Shown one piece after another: positions 61,224 to 64,000 of a stretch of DNA of 64,000 nucleotides. Below the pieces are notes generated by a model. The model searched no databases. It was not told the DNA's origin and saw only the letters and a program-made list of their open reading frames with translations. The DNA is taken from positions 1,651-65,650 of the forward strand of contig CAVWWM010000002.1 in the NCBI GenBank assembly GCA_963758695.1, read 5' to 3'. Within the stretch, counting starts at the first letter, position 1, and each line of letters starts with the position of its first letter. Both the position numbers and the translations under genes were made by a program. Source of the stretch: an uncultured Actinomycetes bacterium. Its GTDB lineage: Bacteria > Actinomycetota > Acidimicrobiia > Spongiisociales > DATADW01.

Positions 61224-61372
61224 CTTCCGGCTGAAGCCGGAAGCCACATACCCAACTCCCAACGCCCAACGTGATGCTTGCCCCAACTCCCAAACAGTTG
61301 GGAATTGGCCCTTCCGTCGTGTTGGGAGTTGGAGTGAGAGTTGAGAGTGTGGCTTCCGCCTTCAGGCGGAAG
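61224..61372. repeat. about 150-bp imperfect palindrome bounded by the same hairpin repeat units (MITE/REP-like)
   Basis: Left cttccggctgaagccggaagccaca (61224-61248) and right tgtggcttccgccttcaggcggaag (61348-61372). The inner arms cccaactcccaac / gttgggagttgg are also inverted. Confidence 0.8.
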
Positions 61373-61421
61373 GCGGCAACTCAGCGGGCCCCGGGGCGGA
61401 GCTTGCCTAGCTGACGGGCTC

Positions 61422-61820
61422 ATGCCTTACAATCCGCGTCATGGCATCAGGTTCATCATCCCCGTCGCCGCCGCATGGGTCACCACGATTGCCCTGATCG
61501 CGCAGGGTAATCCGGAGGCGGCCAACTCAAAAACCCGGTCGCGTCGACGCCCGACTCAATCGCGGCGGGCAAGCAGCTTACACGAAAAACTGCGCCGCAT
61601 GTCATGGCATCAACGCAACAGGAGGGACGGGCAACGACATCGCGCCGCCGTCGCCGGATCTGACCGACGCCGAGTGGCTGCGCGGCGGGAGCGAGGCGAG
61701 ATCTTCTACGTGATCAAGAACGGGATCCCTCCCGATCTGAACATGCCCGCGTGGGGCGACCGCATGAAGGATCCCGATATCTGGAACGTCGTGAATTTCG
61801 TGGCGAGCCTGAAGAAGTAG
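61422..61820 (+). CDS. class I c-type cytochrome, three frame changes (~61528, ~61575, ~61688)
   Basis: N-terminal membrane/signal segment GIRFIIPVAAAWVTTIALIA. LKNPVASTPDSIAAGKQL, YTKNCAACHGINATGG (CxxCH) and EIFYVIKNGIPPDLNMPAWGDRM lie in three frames. Confidence 0.7.
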   Translation: MPYNPRHGIRFIIPVAAAWVTTIALIAQGNPEAANSKTRSRRRPTQSRRASSLHEKLRRMSWHQRNRRDGQRHRAAVAGSDRRRVAARRERGEIFYVIKNGIPPDLNMPAWGDRMKDPDIWNVVNFVASLKK

Positions 61821-62016
61821 GCCGGTGTCCGGCGGCTTCGGCCCTTCCGGCTAACCCGAAAGCGAAGCTCACTGAGTTCGCGATCACAACACACCAGGCA
61901 CCGAGACACCGAGGCGAATTTTTCCCACGGCGTCCTCGGTGCCTTTGTGCCCCGGTGTGCCGTAATCACGCGTGGACCGGATCGGGCCGGGTCCTTTCGA
62001 ACCCAGCCCCGTGAAT

Positions 62017-64000
62017 CTACTTCGCCAGCGGGTTCGGCCGTACCTGGAACTTGACGACCTTGCTCGTCGTCCCCTTCCGCCTTCGGCATGGAACGGGGCG
62101 CGCGTCGCGAACGTCGAGCAGATCCCCTTGCCTTTCCAGCCGCCGTTCGGATCGTCGATGCGTCCGTCCAGTCCCTTGCCGTAGTAGCCCATCGGATACG
62201 GCACGCGGAACGTCATGAACTTGCCGTCGACGAGGGCGAGCAGGGCTTCTGATTCGTTGCCCGTCGCGAGCGGAATGTCCTTGCCGATGCCCAGCATGTC
62301 GAAGCGATCGACGAAGTTGTAGTATGCGCTCTCAGCGCTGGCGGACTCGACCGCGCCCTTGTAGTTCGGCCCCGGGAAGGCGTACAGCGACCAGCCTTCG
62401 GGGCAGTGCTTGCCCGTCGCGTTCGGTCCGTTGAGCGGGGCCTTGCACTTGCGGCGATCGAAGCTCGCGTATTGGCCGCTCGACAGCACCGTCCAGACGA
62501 CGTTGTCGCTGTCGACGTCCATGCCGCGCGGCGCAAAGCCCGAGCCCGACGCTTTCGGATCCTTGAACGGCACCTCGTAGACCTCGGACAGCGCCGTTTC
62601 CGGAGAATTCGATCCGAGCGAGAGGCGCACGACCAATCCCGGCATCCCGGTAACCGATCCCCAGATCGCGTTGCCCTTCGGCTCGGGCGCGACGCCGTAG
62701 AAGGCCGTGACGACGCGCTTGTCCTTGGTCGGATCGACCGGCTGATCGGGCTCGACATACGCATCGCGCTTGCCGTTGCCGTTGGTGTCGAGCACGAACG
62801 CCGTCCAGCCCTGCGCCTTCTTCTCGTCGCCCGTCTTGTCGAAGATGCGCGTGTCGAACCAGCCCTCGACCGGGCCGCCGCCCGGTGAACCACAGCACGT
62901 CGTTGTTGTCGAAGTTGAGGTGATGCGTCCCGAAGCAGGTGTCGATCGTCGTGATCTTCTTCGTCTTCGGGTCATACAGCTGCATCTGGCGTCCGCTCTG
63001 GGTGATCGGGAACGCCTTCGCCGATGGATGATCCGAGCCCTGCCGGCACCACTCCGCGGTCTGGTTGGGACGGATGCGCGCCGCAACCCACACGCGCGCC
63101 TGCTTGTCCATCGCGAAGCTGTGCGCGCTGGACTGCGCCGTCCAGATCACCTCATCGCCCCAGTACGGCGAGGAGGCCGCCGGCGGCGTATCGGCTTCGC
63201 TCGGCGTTTTCGGATCGCGGACCTGCAGCTTGACCATGCTCGCCGTGTTCGTCTTCGGATCCACGACGGGCAGGTAGTCGCCGGAGGCCTCGAGCGCGCC
63301 GTAGATCGGTCCGTTGGCGTTCACCCTCGGGTTGCGCTTGTCGCTGGCAATCTCGTCGTGCAGGTAGTGGCGCGGATCCGCCCAGTCCCACAGCGTGATG
63401 ACGACGTTGCGCTCGCGGCCCTGCGGGCGCGGCGGCGCGGCCTGCGGCAGCTCGCCGCCGGCAATGCGATCAGTCCAGTCGGCGTACATCGCCAGCGCGC
63501 GCTGGCGGCCCACCTGCGTGAAGCGGTTGCTCATCCCGGCGCCCGCCTGGCCCGACTGGATGCGGCGATCCCACGCGGCGGCGCCGGAGTCGAACACGCC
63601 AAGGCTCTTCGGAACTTCGCGCGTCGCCTTGTTGCCGAGCGCATGGCAGCCAGTGCAGCCGTCGGTGTTGACGATGTTGCGAACCCACTCGCCCTGGCTC
63701 TTGCATCGTTGGGCGAGATGCCGTTGCCCTGCGGGCCGGTGCCGGGGAAGTCGCTGGCCGGCGGGACCTGCAGCAGCGAGAACCAGTACAGCGCCGGGTA
63801 ATACTCGGCCGCTGACTTGGCATCGGGTGCGGGAACCGCCTTCAGGTTCACGGTCTTCCCGGGCGCCGACTGCGACTTCGGCGAATCGACGAGGCCGTAG
63901 CCGCGCACCCAGACGTCGTAGTTCGCCTTGGGCAGGTCGGGGAGCAGGTAGCGCCCTGGTCGTCGGTCACGACGACCTTCACCATTTTCGTCGGCAGGTC
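62017..64000 (-). pseudogene. large secreted protein: CarboxypepD_reg-like N-terminus, CxxCH haem motif and beta-propeller-like body. 5' end lies outside the window; four frame changes (~62075, ~62885, ~63705, ~63953)
   Basis: VKVVVTDDQG|RYLLPDLPKANYDVWVRGYGLVDSPK, NIVNTDGCTGCHALGN, then a long body through ORFs 62332..63597 and 61884..63086. True end GTTSKVVKFQVRPNPLAK-stop at 62017. Confidence 0.6.

Overview
GC-rich bacterial window that reads best as two unrelated blocks joined at about 52,380-52,395. Block A (1-52.4 kb) looks actinobacterial. It holds an IS110-family transposase, a translationally coupled LigD(PE+ligase)-oxidoreductase-FNR chain, glgB, a MidA-type methyltransferase and a heavily frame-broken S8 subtilase. 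Two adenylate/guanylate-cyclase-STAND proteins bracket htpX, a PhyH oxygenase, tRNA-Tyr with a duplicated 3' half, and a ThrE-type exporter. A sugar block follows: TIM-barrel isomerase, Gfo/Idh/MocA, GH130, mannitol-dehydrogenase family, and an ABC binding protein with 2 permeases. SLH-anchored surface proteins include a CE4 deacetylase, two tandem cupredoxins and a deleted third copy. ArsR/SRPBCC/VOC genes and a truncated haemoglobin come next. Block A ends with the conserved cluster tRNA-Thr, tRNA-Met, tuf, rpmG, double hot-dog dehydratase, ECF sigma/anti-sigma, tRNA-Trp, secE, nusG, rplK, rplA, rplJ. rplJ stops looking like L10 after codon 112, where it collides with the 3' end of a convergent metallo-beta-lactamase-fold gene. 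Block B (52.4-64 kb) carries signal-peptide enzymes: an MBL hydrolase, an M36 fungalysin-like peptidase, a PQQ-type sugar dehydrogenase, a class I cytochrome c and a CxxCH propeller protein. It also has an aldo/keto reductase followed by a P-loop kinase/HAD phosphatase, and a GC-rich hairpin repeat family absent from block A. No rRNA or CRISPR array was seen. Several dozen single-base frame disruptions hit otherwise recognisable genes, including tuf twice, and they are very unevenly distributed. I cannot tell sequencing error from real decay. I found no clear new multi-gene system. The best leads are the block junction, the tRNA-Tyr mini-cassette, the cyclase-STAND pair, the recombining SLH-cupredoxin tandem, the IS110 non-coding ends and a possible AKR-kinase-phosphatase fusion. 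All calls rest on reading the translations and the DNA by eye; no searches were run.
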